Origin: Mucisphaera calidilacus
Lineage (GTDB): Bacteria > Planctomycetota > Phycisphaerae > Phycisphaerales > Phycisphaeraceae
DNA: 32,000 nt
Reading direction: 5' to 3'
Assembly (NCBI RefSeq): GCF_007748075.1
Contig: NZ_CP036280.1
Span: forward strand, 1,800,001-1,832,000
Shown: positions 1 through 9,256 of the stretch, in pieces
How positions within the stretch are numbered: position 1 is the stretch's first letter
Layout: every line of letters begins with the position of its first letter
Notes under the pieces: generated by a model
Database searches by the model: none
Seen by the model: only the letters and a program-made list of their open reading frames with translations
Told to the model about the DNA's origin: nothing
Translations under genes and position numbers: made by a program

Positions 1-553
1 CACCCATGTACACACACAGCGTCCCGCCCGAACGCACCATCCCGGCCAACGCCGCATAGTCCAGCTGCGTCGATGACTTCTCAGGCGTCTCGTGCCCCGT
101 CAGCAGCGTCACGCTCGACGACATACCCCGAAACGTCGCCGGGATCCCAGCCAGCGCCGGGGCCGCCAACCCACTCGTCACACCCGGCAGAACCTCACAC
201 ACCAGCCCACGCTCCGCCAGGTAAATCGCCTCCTCACCACCACGCCCGAACAGATAAGGATCACCACCCTTCAAACGAACCACAAACCGCCCCGCTTCCG
301 CATGCTCCACCAGCAACGCGTTGATCTCGTCCTGCGTCAGCGTATGGTCTTTCGCACGCTTGCCCGCATCAATCAGAATCGCCTCCGGGCTAACCTCCTG
401 CAGCAGCGAGGGATCCGACAACGCGTCGTAAATCACAACGTCCGCCTCACGCAGTCGCTCAAGCCCGCGAACCGTGATCAAACCCGGGTCACCAGGCCCG
501 GCGCCAATCAGCGAAACGTCGCACGTCCGAATTTCCGGTCCTTCATCTTTCAC
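1..553 (-). CDS. cobA: uroporphyrinogen-III C-methyltransferase (SUMT), C-terminal end runs off the window
   Basis: My own reverse-strand translation from GTG at 553 gives VKDEGPEIRTCDVSLIGAGPGDPGLITVRGLERLREADVVIYDALS...RLKGGDPYLFGRGGEEAIYL...LPGVTSGLAAPALAGIP. The GAGPGDPxLxT and GGDPxxFGRGxEE motifs are tetrapyrrole-methylase signatures. It is absent from the ORF track because it is open at the window edge. Confidence 0.85.
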   Translation of the reverse strand, partial: MKDEGPEIRTCDVSLIGAGPGDPGLITVRGLERLREADVVIYDALSDPSLLQEVSPEAILIDAGKRAKDHTLTQDEINALLVEHAEAGRFVVRLKGGDPYLFGRGGEEAIYLAERGLVCEVLPGVTSGLAAPALAGIPATFRGMSSSVTLLTGHETPEKSSTQLDYAALAGMVRSGGTLCVYMG

Positions 554-635
554 TGCTGAACCTTAACGCCTGAACAACCGATTCATCCGATATCAACGGT
601 GGTCATACTTCACGATCACAGAGCGGAGGTTCACC

Positions 636-1019
636 ATGTCACAGACTACAGCTTCAAACCCACTTCGGCTCGCCGTCGATCAGCACGACGAACTCGACCC
701 ACTCGTCTTCGAACGCCGGCAGAGTACACGACGTCGCATGCGGGGACAGGTCACGGCCCTCATCCGCTCCGCCGCCGAATCGCCCAAAGAGGCCCGGCAG
801 CACAAGATCTGCGCCATGACTCTTCATGATATGTCCGACACCGGCATCGGCATGATGGCACAGGAGCCCATCGCCCTCGGCGACGAAGTCACCGTCTTCT
901 TCCCGCCCCACGGGTCCGAACGCGGCTTCGACATCAACGGCACCGTCGTCCGCCAGAACCAGGCCAACGACCAGACCAGCATCGGCATCCGCTACGGCAG
1001 CCAGATCATGGCCGCCTGA
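636..1019 (+). CDS. single-domain PilZ (c-di-GMP-binding) protein
   Basis: 127 aa ORF with the two PilZ signatures: RRQSTRRRMRG (RxxxR) and DMSDTGIGM (DxSxxG). GGAGG at 625-629 lies 6 nt before the ATG. Confidence 0.7.
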   Translation: MSQTTASNPLRLAVDQHDELDPLVFERRQSTRRRMRGQVTALIRSAAESPKEARQHKICAMTLHDMSDTGIGMMAQEPIALGDEVTVFFPPHGSERGFDINGTVVRQNQANDQTSIGIRYGSQIMAA

Positions 1020-1046
1020 GCCGCAACACACATCCCAAGACCACAC

Positions 1047-1583
1047 TCAAGCCGGCCCCACGGGACCGGCTTGTTCTTTGGCCGTCAGTAGGTCCGCATA
1101 AGACGCCTCCAGAGCCTGCGGCATCACCCGCGCGTTACCCACCGTCTCCATGAAGTTCACGTCGCCCTGCCAGCGTGGCACCACGTGCACGTGCAGATGA
1201 CCCGGAACCGCCGCACCCGCACAGCGACCGATGTTCATTCCGATATTCACGCCCTGCGCGCACACCGCTCTGCGAATCAAAGCGTCCGCCCACGCCACCA
1301 ACTCCATCAAATCAGCACGCTCCGCCACCGTCAGGTCGCCGAGTTCGCCCACGTGCCGCACACTCGCCACCAGCAGGTGACCATTCGTGTACGGGTAACG
1401 GTTCATCAGCACCACCGCGGTCCGATACCTCGTCAGGATCAGACGCTCGCGACGCTCCTGATCCGACAACCCCTCCGCCCCCGCCTCACACAAAAAACAC
1501 CCGTCATCCGCACCCGATGAGAGCTCACCACGCAGGTACTCGATCCGCCAAGGTGCCCACAGCTTCTTATCGCCACTCATCAC
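1047..1583 (-). CDS. HIT-family (histidine triad) nucleotide hydrolase/transferase
   Basis: 178 aa with the histidine-triad motif GHLHVHVVPRW (HxHxHxx) and NRYPYTNGHLLV upstream of it. Confidence 0.85.
   Translation of the reverse strand: MMSGDKKLWAPWRIEYLRGELSSGADDGCFLCEAGAEGLSDQERRERLILTRYRTAVVLMNRYPYTNGHLLVASVRHVGELGDLTVAERADLMELVAWADALIRRAVCAQGVNIGMNIGRCAGAAVPGHLHVHVVPRWQGDVNFMETVGNARVMPQALEASYADLLTAKEQAGPVGPA
1049..1080 (+). terminator. possible intrinsic terminator after the PilZ gene
   Basis: Stem AAGCCGG (1049-1055) pairs with CCGGCTT (1066-1072), with extra inner C:G pairs, followed by GTTCTTTG. It overlaps the last codons of the convergent HIT gene and the T-tract is weak. Confidence 0.3.
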
Positions 1584-1699
1584 AACAGACTATCAACGCC
1601 CAGAGTCCGATGACGTCGGCGATATGCACTTTTCCGTAGGCACGCCACCACCGATGCCGATGAATCGCTAGAGTCTCCTCCGGAGCTACCGGGAACACC

Positions 1700-4270
1700 A
1701 TGAATAACGCCTGGATCATCCTGTTTGCTGTCCTCGCACCGCTCGTCACGGGCATGCTCACGCTGTTGTTGCCTCGGCAAGCGATCACCCTCAAAGTGCT
1801 CCTCGCAGCCCTCGGGCCCGTCGTCGCCTTCGCCTTCATCATCGCCGGCAGCAGCCGGATCAACACCGAATTCAGCCAGCACGCACTCGATCACCACGCC
1901 GACCACGCCACCGCGCACCTCGACGACCACCACCACGCCGGACACGACCCCTTCGCCGACATCCCACTACCCACAAGCGAGGTCATCCCCTGGATGCCCG
2001 CGCTCAACCTCAGCCTCGCCTTCAACGCCGACGGGTTATCGGTCTTCTTCGCATTGCTCGTCTCGGGCATCGGACTGATGATCGTCCTCTACGCCCGAGG
2101 CTACTTCGGACCCAACGCCGACGACCTCGGACGCTTCTACCCCACACTCGGCTTCTTCATGACCGCGATGCTCGGCATCGTCGTCTCCGACTACACACTC
2201 CAGATGCTCCTCTTCTGGGAAATGACCTCCATCTCGTCCTTCCTCCTCATCGGGTGGGACCGCTACGACAAAAAAGCTGTCAAGCTCGCCATGCAGGCCT
2301 TCTTCACCACCGGCCTCGGCGGCATGGCGCTCTTCGGGGGACTGCTCCTCCTCGGCGTCGCCTCCGGAAACCAGGGACTCCTCGACGGCAACGGCATCTG
2401 GCGCTGGTCCGAACTCTACGCCAACGTCACCCAACTCGACCTCAACGACCCCTGGGTCGTCAGCGCCTTCCTCCTCATGTTCATCGGCGCCGCCACCAAA
2501 TCCGCTCAGTGGCCCTTCCACTACTGGCTGCCCGGGGCCATGGCCGCCCCCACACCCGTCTCCGCCTTCCTCCACTCCGCAACCATGGTCAAAGCCGGCG
2601 TCTTCCTCGCCGGACGCATCCTCCCGACTCTCGGAACCATCGACGCCTTCCCCTGGCTGCTCGTCGGCCTCGGCGGCGTCACCATGCTCCTCGGCGGGCT
2701 GATCGCCATCCAGCAGCACGACCTCAAACGCATCTTCGCCTACACCACCGTCAGCCAACTCGGCCTTCTTATGGCTATGTACGGCCTCGGCTCGCTCCGA
2801 TACGCCCACGGCGACCACACCCTCCCCGCCATCGACCTCGACCTCACCCAGATCGCCAACCACGCCTTCTACAAAGCCCCTCTCTTTATCGCCGCCGGTG
2901 CGATCGGCCACCTGCTCTCACGCGACATCACCCGGCTCACCGGCGCCTTCTACAAGTTCCCCGCCATCGGCGCCGTCCTCATCCTCGCCGGCTACGGACT
3001 CGCCGCAGGACCCGGCACCGTCAGCTTCCAGGCCAAGGAACTCTTCCTCTACGCCATCTATCACGCCACCTCCATCAGCCCGTGGTTCTGGATCCTCATG
3101 GCCATGACCGTGGTGACCGCGATCTGCAACGTCGCCATCTTCATCCGACTCACCGCTACGCTCCTGGACCTGCCGGGCGGCATGGGCCCCTACGCCGAGG
3201 CACACGCCGACGACCACCACCACGCCCACGAACCCGAACGCGGCTTCTGGGGCGCCATGATCTGGATACCCGGATTCCTCCTCGTCGTGCCCCAGTACGT
3301 CGGCGGCCTCTTCCCGAGCCTCTGGAACCAGGTCTTCATGCCCGGCGAGCGATTCGCCTACTACGACTCCTTCTCACACGGCGTGCCCTCCGTCTACTAC
3401 CTCATCACACACCCCGGCTGGCCGCTCTTCTGCTCCATGCTCGCGCTGGGCCTGGGCATCGTCGTCGGCTTCCTCCCCGCCTTCCGACGCGCCATCGTCG
3501 ATATCCACGACACCATCTACCCCGCCGTCTACTGGCTCGCCGTCTCGGGCGGCGGCATCCTCTTCCGCATCGTCCAGACCGGACGCCTCCGCCAGTACAC
3601 CCTCATCGTCCTGCTCACCCTCACCGCCATGTTCACCGCCGCCGTCATCACCGACGGCGCCATGATCGCCGCCACCACCAGCACACTCGCCGCCTACACC
3701 AACTGGTACGACCACCTCCCGGGCATCATGCTCGGCCTCCTCGTCTGCGCCTCCGCCGTCTGCATCCCCGCCACCGAGTCACGCGTCGTCCGCGTCCTGC
3801 TCCTCGGTGCCTGCGGCTTCTCCGTCGTCGGTATCTACCTCGTCTACCGCGCTCCCGACCTGGCGTTGACCCAGCTCATGTTCGAGGTCATCTCCGTCCT
3901 CCTCTTCGTCGTCGTCCTCCGGCTCCTGCCCGAAGACAAGCCCCGGCCCTACCGCGGCAAACCCATCCGCATCGTGATCAGCATCCTCATCGGCCTCATC
4001 ATGGGCTGGATGACCCTCATCGCCGCAACCGCCGAACGACCCATCGCCGATGACCAGACACTCGGCTCTGTCTTCGTCCGCAACAGCGCCTACGGCGACC
4101 CCGCCTCCCCGCTCGCCACCGAACGCGGCGGCGGCGGAACCAACGTCGTCAACGTCATCCTCGTCGACTTCCGCGGCTGGGATACCTTCGGCGAGATCAC
4201 CGTGCTCGCCATCGCGGCCATCGGCGTCTGGTCCATCCTCCCCAGCCGACGCAAGGCGGTGACCTCATGA
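1700..4270 (+). CDS. mrpA: Mrp/Mnh multisubunit cation:proton antiporter subunit A (NuoL-like, with fused MrpB-like C-terminal domain)
   Basis: 856 aa polytopic membrane protein and first gene of a seven-gene A-G set of canonical order and sizes. It carries antiporter-type WLPxAMxxPTPVSAxLHSATMVKAG and two unusual His-rich loops. Confidence 0.85.
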   Translation: MNNAWIILFAVLAPLVTGMLTLLLPRQAITLKVLLAALGPVVAFAFIIAGSSRINTEFSQHALDHHADHATAHLDDHHHAGHDPFADIPLPTSEVIPWMPALNLSLAFNADGLSVFFALLVSGIGLMIVLYARGYFGPNADDLGRFYPTLGFFMTAMLGIVVSDYTLQMLLFWEMTSISSFLLIGWDRYDKKAVKLAMQAFFTTGLGGMALFGGLLLLGVASGNQGLLDGNGIWRWSELYANVTQLDLNDPWVVSAFLLMFIGAATKSAQWPFHYWLPGAMAAPTPVSAFLHSATMVKAGVFLAGRILPTLGTIDAFPWLLVGLGGVTMLLGGLIAIQQHDLKRIFAYTTVSQLGLLMAMYGLGSLRYAHGDHTLPAIDLDLTQIANHAFYKAPLFIAAGAIGHLLSRDITRLTGAFYKFPAIGAVLILAGYGLAAGPGTVSFQAKELFLYAIYHATSISPWFWILMAMTVVTAICNVAIFIRLTATLLDLPGGMGPYAEAHADDHHHAHEPERGFWGAMIWIPGFLLVVPQYVGGLFPSLWNQVFMPGERFAYYDSFSHGVPSVYYLITHPGWPLFCSMLALGLGIVVGFLPAFRRAIVDIHDTIYPAVYWLAVSGGGILFRIVQTGRLRQYTLIVLLTLTAMFTAAVITDGAMIAATTSTLAAYTNWYDHLPGIMLGLLVCASAVCIPATESRVVRVLLLGACGFSVVGIYLVYRAPDLALTQLMFEVISVLLFVVVLRLLPEDKPRPYRGKPIRIVISILIGLIMGWMTLIAATAERPIADDQTLGSVFVRNSAYGDPASPLATERGGGGTNVVNVILVDFRGWDTFGEITVLAIAAIGVWSILPSRRKAVTS

Positions 4271-4689
4271 CCACACTCATCCTCCGCATCAGCATGAGGC
4301 TCATCCTCCCCATCGGACTCGTCTTCAGCCTCTACATGGCCTTCAAGGGGCACAACGAGCCCGGCGGCGGATTCATCGGCGGGCTCATGGCCGCCGCGAC
4401 CTTCGCCATCTTCAGGATGTCCAGCGGAGCCGCTGAACTCGACAAAATCCTGCCCTGCCACCCCCGAATCCTCGTCTCATGGGGGCTCGGCATCGCGCTC
4501 GTCACCGCCATCGCACCCCTCGCCGCCGGCGAACCCGTCCTGCGCTCCTACCTCTGGGACATCTACCTCCCGGGCGGCGAAGCCCTCCACATCCCCTCCG
4601 CCGCCTTCTTCGACATCGGCGTCTTCCTCGTCGTCATCGGCATCTGCGTCGGCATGATCGGACGCTTCAGCGAGGAGCTCGAACTATGA
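4267..4689 (+). CDS. mrpB: Mrp antiporter subunit B
   Basis: 140 aa with 4 predicted TM segments. ATGA overlap with the mrpA stop; position and size fit MnhB. Confidence 0.75.
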   Translation: MTTLILRISMRLILPIGLVFSLYMAFKGHNEPGGGFIGGLMAAATFAIFRMSSGAAELDKILPCHPRILVSWGLGIALVTAIAPLAAGEPVLRSYLWDIYLPGGEALHIPSAAFFDIGVFLVVIGICVGMIGRFSEELEL

Positions 4690-5129
4690 CCCTCGTCACC
4701 GCCATCTGCGTCGCCGTCACAGCCGCCGTCAGCATCTACCTGCTCCTGAGCCGTGAGCTCAAGGGCATCGCCATGGGCACCTTCCTCATCGGACACGCCG
4801 CCAACCTCTCCATCCTCGCCATGAGTGGCGAACCCGTCTACACCAACGAACAGGGCGAAACCACCCTTAAACTCCCGCCCATCCTCGGGTACGGCGAAGA
4901 CCCCGCCAACCCGCTCGCCACCATGGTCGACCCCCTCCCGCAGGCACTCATCCTCACCGCCATCGTCATCAGCTTTGGCGTCATGGGATTCCTCCTCGCC
5001 CTCATCGTCGCCACCGGACGCGTCACCGGGTCGCTCGACCTCGACGAGTTCGACGACGACCCCAAAGGCCTCCACCCCGAGGACGCCGAGCACATCGAAC
5101 AAAACGACAGCGAGGCCGCATCATCATGA
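4686..5129 (+). CDS. mrpC: Mrp antiporter subunit C (NuoK-like)
   Basis: The internal ATG at 4686 overlaps the mrpB stop (ATGA). MTLVTAICVAVTAAVSIYLLLSRELKGIAMG is a NuoK/MnhC-like N-terminus, and the C-terminal tail is acidic. The track ORF start at 4479 is rejected because it lies inside mrpB. Confidence 0.75.
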   Translation: MTLVTAICVAVTAAVSIYLLLSRELKGIAMGTFLIGHAANLSILAMSGEPVYTNEQGETTLKLPPILGYGEDPANPLATMVDPLPQALILTAIVISFGVMGFLLALIVATGRVTGSLDLDEFDDDPKGLHPEDAEHIEQNDSEAASS

Positions 5130-6772
5130 TCCCCGACCTCGCCAACCTCATCGTCTTCTTCTGCCTGCTGCCGCTCTGCACAGCGCTGCTCAGCGTCACC
5201 GTCGTCAACAACCGATGGGCCTCGCGCATCGTTGGCCTGCTTGGGCTTACCACCACCTTCACCACCGCCGTCGTCTGCCTGACACAACTCGCGCCCACCG
5301 GACACATCGCCGTCACCCAACTCGGCGGGTGGAGCGCCCCCTACGGCATCACCCTCGTCATGGACAGCTTCTCGGCGCTGCTGATCGCCGCCGCGTCCGC
5401 CGTCGCGCTCGGCGCCTACGTCCACAGCTTCTCAACACTCGACCCCCGAGTCGAACGACGATACTTCCACCCGCTCATCCACATGCTCATCTTCGGCGTC
5501 AACCTGAGCTTCCTCACCGGCGACCTCTTCAACCTCTTCGTCGCCTTCGAGATCATGCTCATGTCCTCCTACGCCCTGCTCTGCCTCGGCGCCAGCGACC
5601 AGCAACTCCGACACGCCTACAAGTACGTCCTGCTCAACATCCTCGCCTCCACCATCTTCCTCATGACCGCCGGCATGACCTACGGCATGCTCGGGACGCT
5701 CAACCTCGCCGACATGGCCCGCATCGTCGCCGAAAACCAGGCCGCAGGGAAAGACATGCCCGCGGGGTTCACCGCCCTGGGCGTCATGTTCCTCTTCGTC
5801 TTCGGGCTCAAGGGCGCCTTCTTCCCGCTCTGGTTCTGGCTCCCCGACACCTACTGGACCCTCCCTATCGCCATCTCAGGCCTCTTCGGCGGGCTCCTCA
5901 CCAAAGTCGGCGTCTACGCCATCGCACGCACCTTCCCGCTCATCTTCGCTCAGGCGCCGCCCACCGGCATCGAGCCTTCCGACATGCGCGTGCTCATCAT
6001 GACACTCATCGCCGCCTCCGCCGCCTTCACCATGTTCCTCGCCGTCCTCGGCGCTGTTTCCCAGCACCACGTCCGACGCATCCTCTCCATCCACGTCATC
6101 AGCCAGGTCGGCTACATGGTCTTCGGCATCGCCGTCATGACCGGACAGGCACTCGCAGGATGCGCCTTCTACATGGTCCAGCACATGGTCGTGAAGTGCT
6201 CTCTCTTCCTCTGCTGCGGCCTCATGGAAAAACACGCCGGCACCGACGACCTCGACAAACTCGGCTCCCTGCTCAAGCGTGACCTCGGCCTCGGCGTTCT
6301 CTTCTTCGTCGCCGCGATGAGCCTCGTCGGGCTCCCGCCTCTCTCGGGCTTCTTCGGCAAAATGGTCATCATCCAGTCGGGCTGGGACCAGGGACTCTGG
6401 TGGCTCGCCATCCTCGGACTCCTCACCGGCGCTCTCACCCTCCTCTCCATGCTCAAGATCTGGTCCTACGGCTTCTGGAACCCCGGCCCCGCCCCCACCG
6501 CCGAACCCGCCGAAACCGTACGCTCCGGCAACCGCGCCGCCTACATCGGCACCGGCATGCTCGTCGGGCTCGCACTCTTCCTCGGCTTCTGCGCCCCCGT
6601 CGTCTACGAGGCCGCCTTCACCGCAGGACGACAGCTCTACAACCCCACCGACTACGTCCAGGCCGTCCTCGGCGAACAACAGCTCGAGAACATCAAGTGG
6701 CGCGATACCATCACGGCACCCGTTGACCCACCGCAGACCGACCCCTCCCTCGCACTCAGGAGCGAACCATGA
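5126..6772 (+). CDS. mrpD: Mrp antiporter subunit D (NuoM/N-like)
   Basis: 548 aa polytopic protein with proton-antiporter-type motifs (FEIMLMSSY, WLPDTY). ATGA overlap with mrpC. Confidence 0.85.
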   Translation: MIPDLANLIVFFCLLPLCTALLSVTVVNNRWASRIVGLLGLTTTFTTAVVCLTQLAPTGHIAVTQLGGWSAPYGITLVMDSFSALLIAAASAVALGAYVHSFSTLDPRVERRYFHPLIHMLIFGVNLSFLTGDLFNLFVAFEIMLMSSYALLCLGASDQQLRHAYKYVLLNILASTIFLMTAGMTYGMLGTLNLADMARIVAENQAAGKDMPAGFTALGVMFLFVFGLKGAFFPLWFWLPDTYWTLPIAISGLFGGLLTKVGVYAIARTFPLIFAQAPPTGIEPSDMRVLIMTLIAASAAFTMFLAVLGAVSQHHVRRILSIHVISQVGYMVFGIAVMTGQALAGCAFYMVQHMVVKCSLFLCCGLMEKHAGTDDLDKLGSLLKRDLGLGVLFFVAAMSLVGLPPLSGFFGKMVIIQSGWDQGLWWLAILGLLTGALTLLSMLKIWSYGFWNPGPAPTAEPAETVRSGNRAAYIGTGMLVGLALFLGFCAPVVYEAAFTAGRQLYNPTDYVQAVLGEQQLENIKWRDTITAPVDPPQTDPSLALRSEP

Positions 6773-7248
6773 TCGGACTGTTCCTCCTCAACCTCTTCCT
6801 CGCCACCCTCTACATGGCCCTCGTCGGCTCGGTCACCACCCTGAACCTGGTCTTCGGACTCCTCATCGGTTTCGCCATCACCGTCCTCGTCTCCAGCCTC
6901 ACCGGCGAGGGCAGCTACCTGAGCCGCATCACCCACCTCTTCTCCTTCACCATCTACTTCTTCCGGATTCTCATCTTCGCCAACCTCCAGGTCGCCTACG
7001 AGGTCCTCACACCAACCCACCACATGGAGCCGCGCATCCTGCGCTACGACGTCCGCGGACTCTCACCCGTCCAGGTCACCACGCTCGCCAACGCCATCAC
7101 GCTCACACCCGGCACACTCACCTCCGACATCGACGAGGAAGCCGGATGCCTCTACATCCACTCCATGTACGCCGGCGACCGCGACAAAGCCATCGCCGAG
7201 ATCGACGTCCTTCGTGACCGCATCATGAAGGAGGTCTTCAACGCATGA
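6769..7248 (+). CDS. mrpE: Mrp antiporter subunit E
   Basis: 159 aa. ATGA overlap with mrpD. Position, size and the two N-terminal TM segments fit MnhE. Confidence 0.75.
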   Translation: MIGLFLLNLFLATLYMALVGSVTTLNLVFGLLIGFAITVLVSSLTGEGSYLSRITHLFSFTIYFFRILIFANLQVAYEVLTPTHHMEPRILRYDVRGLSPVQVTTLANAITLTPGTLTSDIDEEAGCLYIHSMYAGDRDKAIAEIDVLRDRIMKEVFNA

Positions 7249-7658
7249 ACCATCTCACACCCCTCATCCTCGCCGCCGCCAAGCCCGACGCACACGCCGA
7301 ACCGGGCCTCAACGAGCACGCTCTGCCCGAGCACCTGACCTTCCTCGACCCCGTCATCGAGGTCGTTCTCATCATCGGACTCGTCCTCGTCGTCGCGGGC
7401 GTCATCCTCTGCCTCTACCGCATCGTCAAGGGACCCCACCTCGCCGACCGCGTCCTTGCCGCCGACGCCCTCGGACTCCAGGTCGTCGGACTTGTCCTCG
7501 TCCTCGCCATCGCCACACGCATCGACGCCTTCTTCGACACCGCACTCACCGTCGCCATCATCGGCTTCGCCAGCACCGTCGCCTTCGGCCAGTACATCGG
7601 CGCCAACGCACCCAAGCCCGAGGAAACCGACGAAAACGAAAACCAGGTGACCTCATGA
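7245..7658 (+). CDS. mrpF: Mrp antiporter subunit F (with N-terminal extension)
   Basis: 137 aa. ATGA overlap with mrpE. The core LYRIVKGPHLADRVLAADAL is MnhF-like. Confidence 0.75.
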   Translation: MNHLTPLILAAAKPDAHAEPGLNEHALPEHLTFLDPVIEVVLIIGLVLVVAGVILCLYRIVKGPHLADRVLAADALGLQVVGLVLVLAIATRIDAFFDTALTVAIIGFASTVAFGQYIGANAPKPEETDENENQVTS

Positions 7659-7999
7659 TCTACATCATCAACGACCTGCTGACGCTTTTCTTTCTGCTGA
7701 TCGGGCTGGGCTTCATGCTCATCGGGGCCATCGGCATCGTCCGTCTCCCCGACACCTACCACCGGCTCCACGCAGCCTCGAAGTGCGCCACCCTCGGCCT
7801 CGCCGGCATGCTCTTCGCCGCCGTCTTCAACATCGGCACCCTCGCCGTTGTCACCAAGGCCGTCGTCACCCTCGTCTTCGCCTGCGTCGCCGTCCCCGTC
7901 GGATCCCACATCCTCGCCAAGGCCGCGCTCCTCGACCGAGCCCCCATGTGGACCGGCACCCTCGACAACGAGTGGCTCAAACGCCGCCGCGGCAAGTAA
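7655..7999 (+). CDS. mrpG: Mrp antiporter subunit G
   Basis: 114 aa. ATGA overlap with mrpF. GAIGIVRLPDTYHRLHAASK is the MnhG signature region. Confidence 0.8.
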   Translation: MIYIINDLLTLFFLLIGLGFMLIGAIGIVRLPDTYHRLHAASKCATLGLAGMLFAAVFNIGTLAVVTKAVVTLVFACVAVPVGSHILAKAALLDRAPMWTGTLDNEWLKRRRGK

Positions 8000-8027
8000 C
8001 ACCCCCACGCAGATCTTCAGATGCTGA

Positions 8028-8588
8028 CTAAGCGTGATCCCGATCGATCACACGGAAATTCTCGCGCTCGCCCCGACCGCGCATCGGATAATCCTTGCGT
8101 AGCGGATGAGCCGGGTATTCCTCGAACGTCAGGATCCGACGCAGGTCCGGGTGATTCCGGAACCGGATCCCGAACATGTCAAACACCTCACGCTCCAGCC
8201 ACTCCGCACCCGGCCACAGGTCCGTCGCCGTATCCAGATACAGCGCGGGGTCCTCCTCGATGCCCGACGTGTCCACCGTCGGCTCCAGATAGGTCTTGAT
8301 GAACAGGCGCAGGTCCTGGCTCGGGTTCACCACGTTGTAGACCACACCAAACCGGCCCTGAGGCGGCAAACCCTTCGGCTTCGGGTAATTCAGATAATCA
8401 ATGCCCGCGATGTCCGACAGGAAACCATACCCCGCGTCATCACGCAGAAAGGCGAGTACGCCGTGCAGATCCTCGGGCGGCACAACAACCGTCGTCTCGC
8501 CGCGAAACTCCGTCGCGTAAAACGTCTTGTCGGCGAAGCGTTCCTTGATCAACGCCAGGGTCGGGTGATTCAGTTCCATCGCACTCAT
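8028..8588 (-). CDS. nuoC: NADH-quinone oxidoreductase subunit C (stand-alone)
   Basis: [23 protein letters not shown]...PLRKDYP is the NuoC/30-kDa-subunit signature. The start is taken at ATG 8588-8586, which overlaps the stop of the upstream ORF (ATGA). The track's longer 8660 start lies inside that ORF. Confidence 0.85.
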   Translation of the reverse strand: MSAMELNHPTLALIKERFADKTFYATEFRGETTVVVPPEDLHGVLAFLRDDAGYGFLSDIAGIDYLNYPKPKGLPPQGRFGVVYNVVNPSQDLRLFIKTYLEPTVDTSGIEEDPALYLDTATDLWPGAEWLEREVFDMFGIRFRNHPDLRRILTFEEYPAHPLRKDYPMRGRGERENFRVIDRDHA

Positions 8589-9196
8589 CTGTCCGTATCT
8601 CCGATCGCCCGTGACAGCGAAGCCACCAGCGCTCGCCAGCGGTCCACCGTCTCCGGCCACTCATAAGCCAACGAATCCGCCAACGCGACCGTGTCGCCCC
8701 GCGTCATCAGGTCCTTCAACTCGGTCAGCCGCTCACGCAGGTGATCGATCGTCGCCCCGCCATCACCCTCACCCAACTCAAGCGACTCCAGATCGATATC
8801 CATCAGCAACGCCGTCTGCGCCACCGTCTGATGCGCCGCCAGCCAGATCCCGATCGCGTCAGCGACACGCTCAAACGCCTCCACCGGCTCGTCGCCCTGC
8901 AGAAGGTCCGCCGCCTCCGCCTGAATCTCCGCGGCCCGGGGCAACTGCTCGTCGATCTCCGCCAACGCGCTCAGCGTCAACGCACGAGCATCCTCGGTCC
9001 GCAACACCAGCCGGTCCCCCTCGACCGCGCGATCCTGAGCCTCCTCCAGACCGTCACCCACCAGCGGGCTGCCATCAACCTCCACTTCGGCGATAATCCG
9101 GCCGCGCTCGTCCAGCAGCTCACGAGCTTCCTCGAGAAGCTCGCCAAGCGTCGCTCCGGTCAGCGTGACCGGCTGTTCGTCAATCAAAATCTCCAT
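8585..9196 (-). CDS. hypothetical acidic protein, translationally coupled to nuoC
   Basis: Start taken at [12 protein letters not shown] (ATG 9196-9194). About 203 aa, strongly acidic. Third codon positions follow the NNG/NNT pattern of other minus-strand genes in this half of the window. I recognise no family. Confidence 0.55.
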   Translation of the reverse strand: MEILIDEQPVTLTGATLGELLEEARELLDERGRIIAEVEVDGSPLVGDGLEEAQDRAVEGDRLVLRTEDARALTLSALAEIDEQLPRAAEIQAEAADLLQGDEPVEAFERVADAIGIWLAAHQTVAQTALLMDIDLESLELGEGDGGATIDHLRERLTELKDLMTRGDTVALADSLAYEWPETVDRWRALVASLSRAIGDTDR

Positions 9197-9256
9197 CAGC
9201 CCATCATACGGCCCCGCCACCGGCACGACCAAACCCACACCACGAAAGCCCGCCAC

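Noticed and set aside
2254-4053. 599-aa + strand ORF, extremely Arg/Pro/His-rich, plus similar ORFs at 4825-6282, 6400-6726 and 6723-7217
   Set aside because: These are alternate reading frames of the mrpA-mrpE genes. They have low-complexity R/P/H composition, no motifs and no codon periodicity of their own, so they are typical high-GC shadow ORFs.
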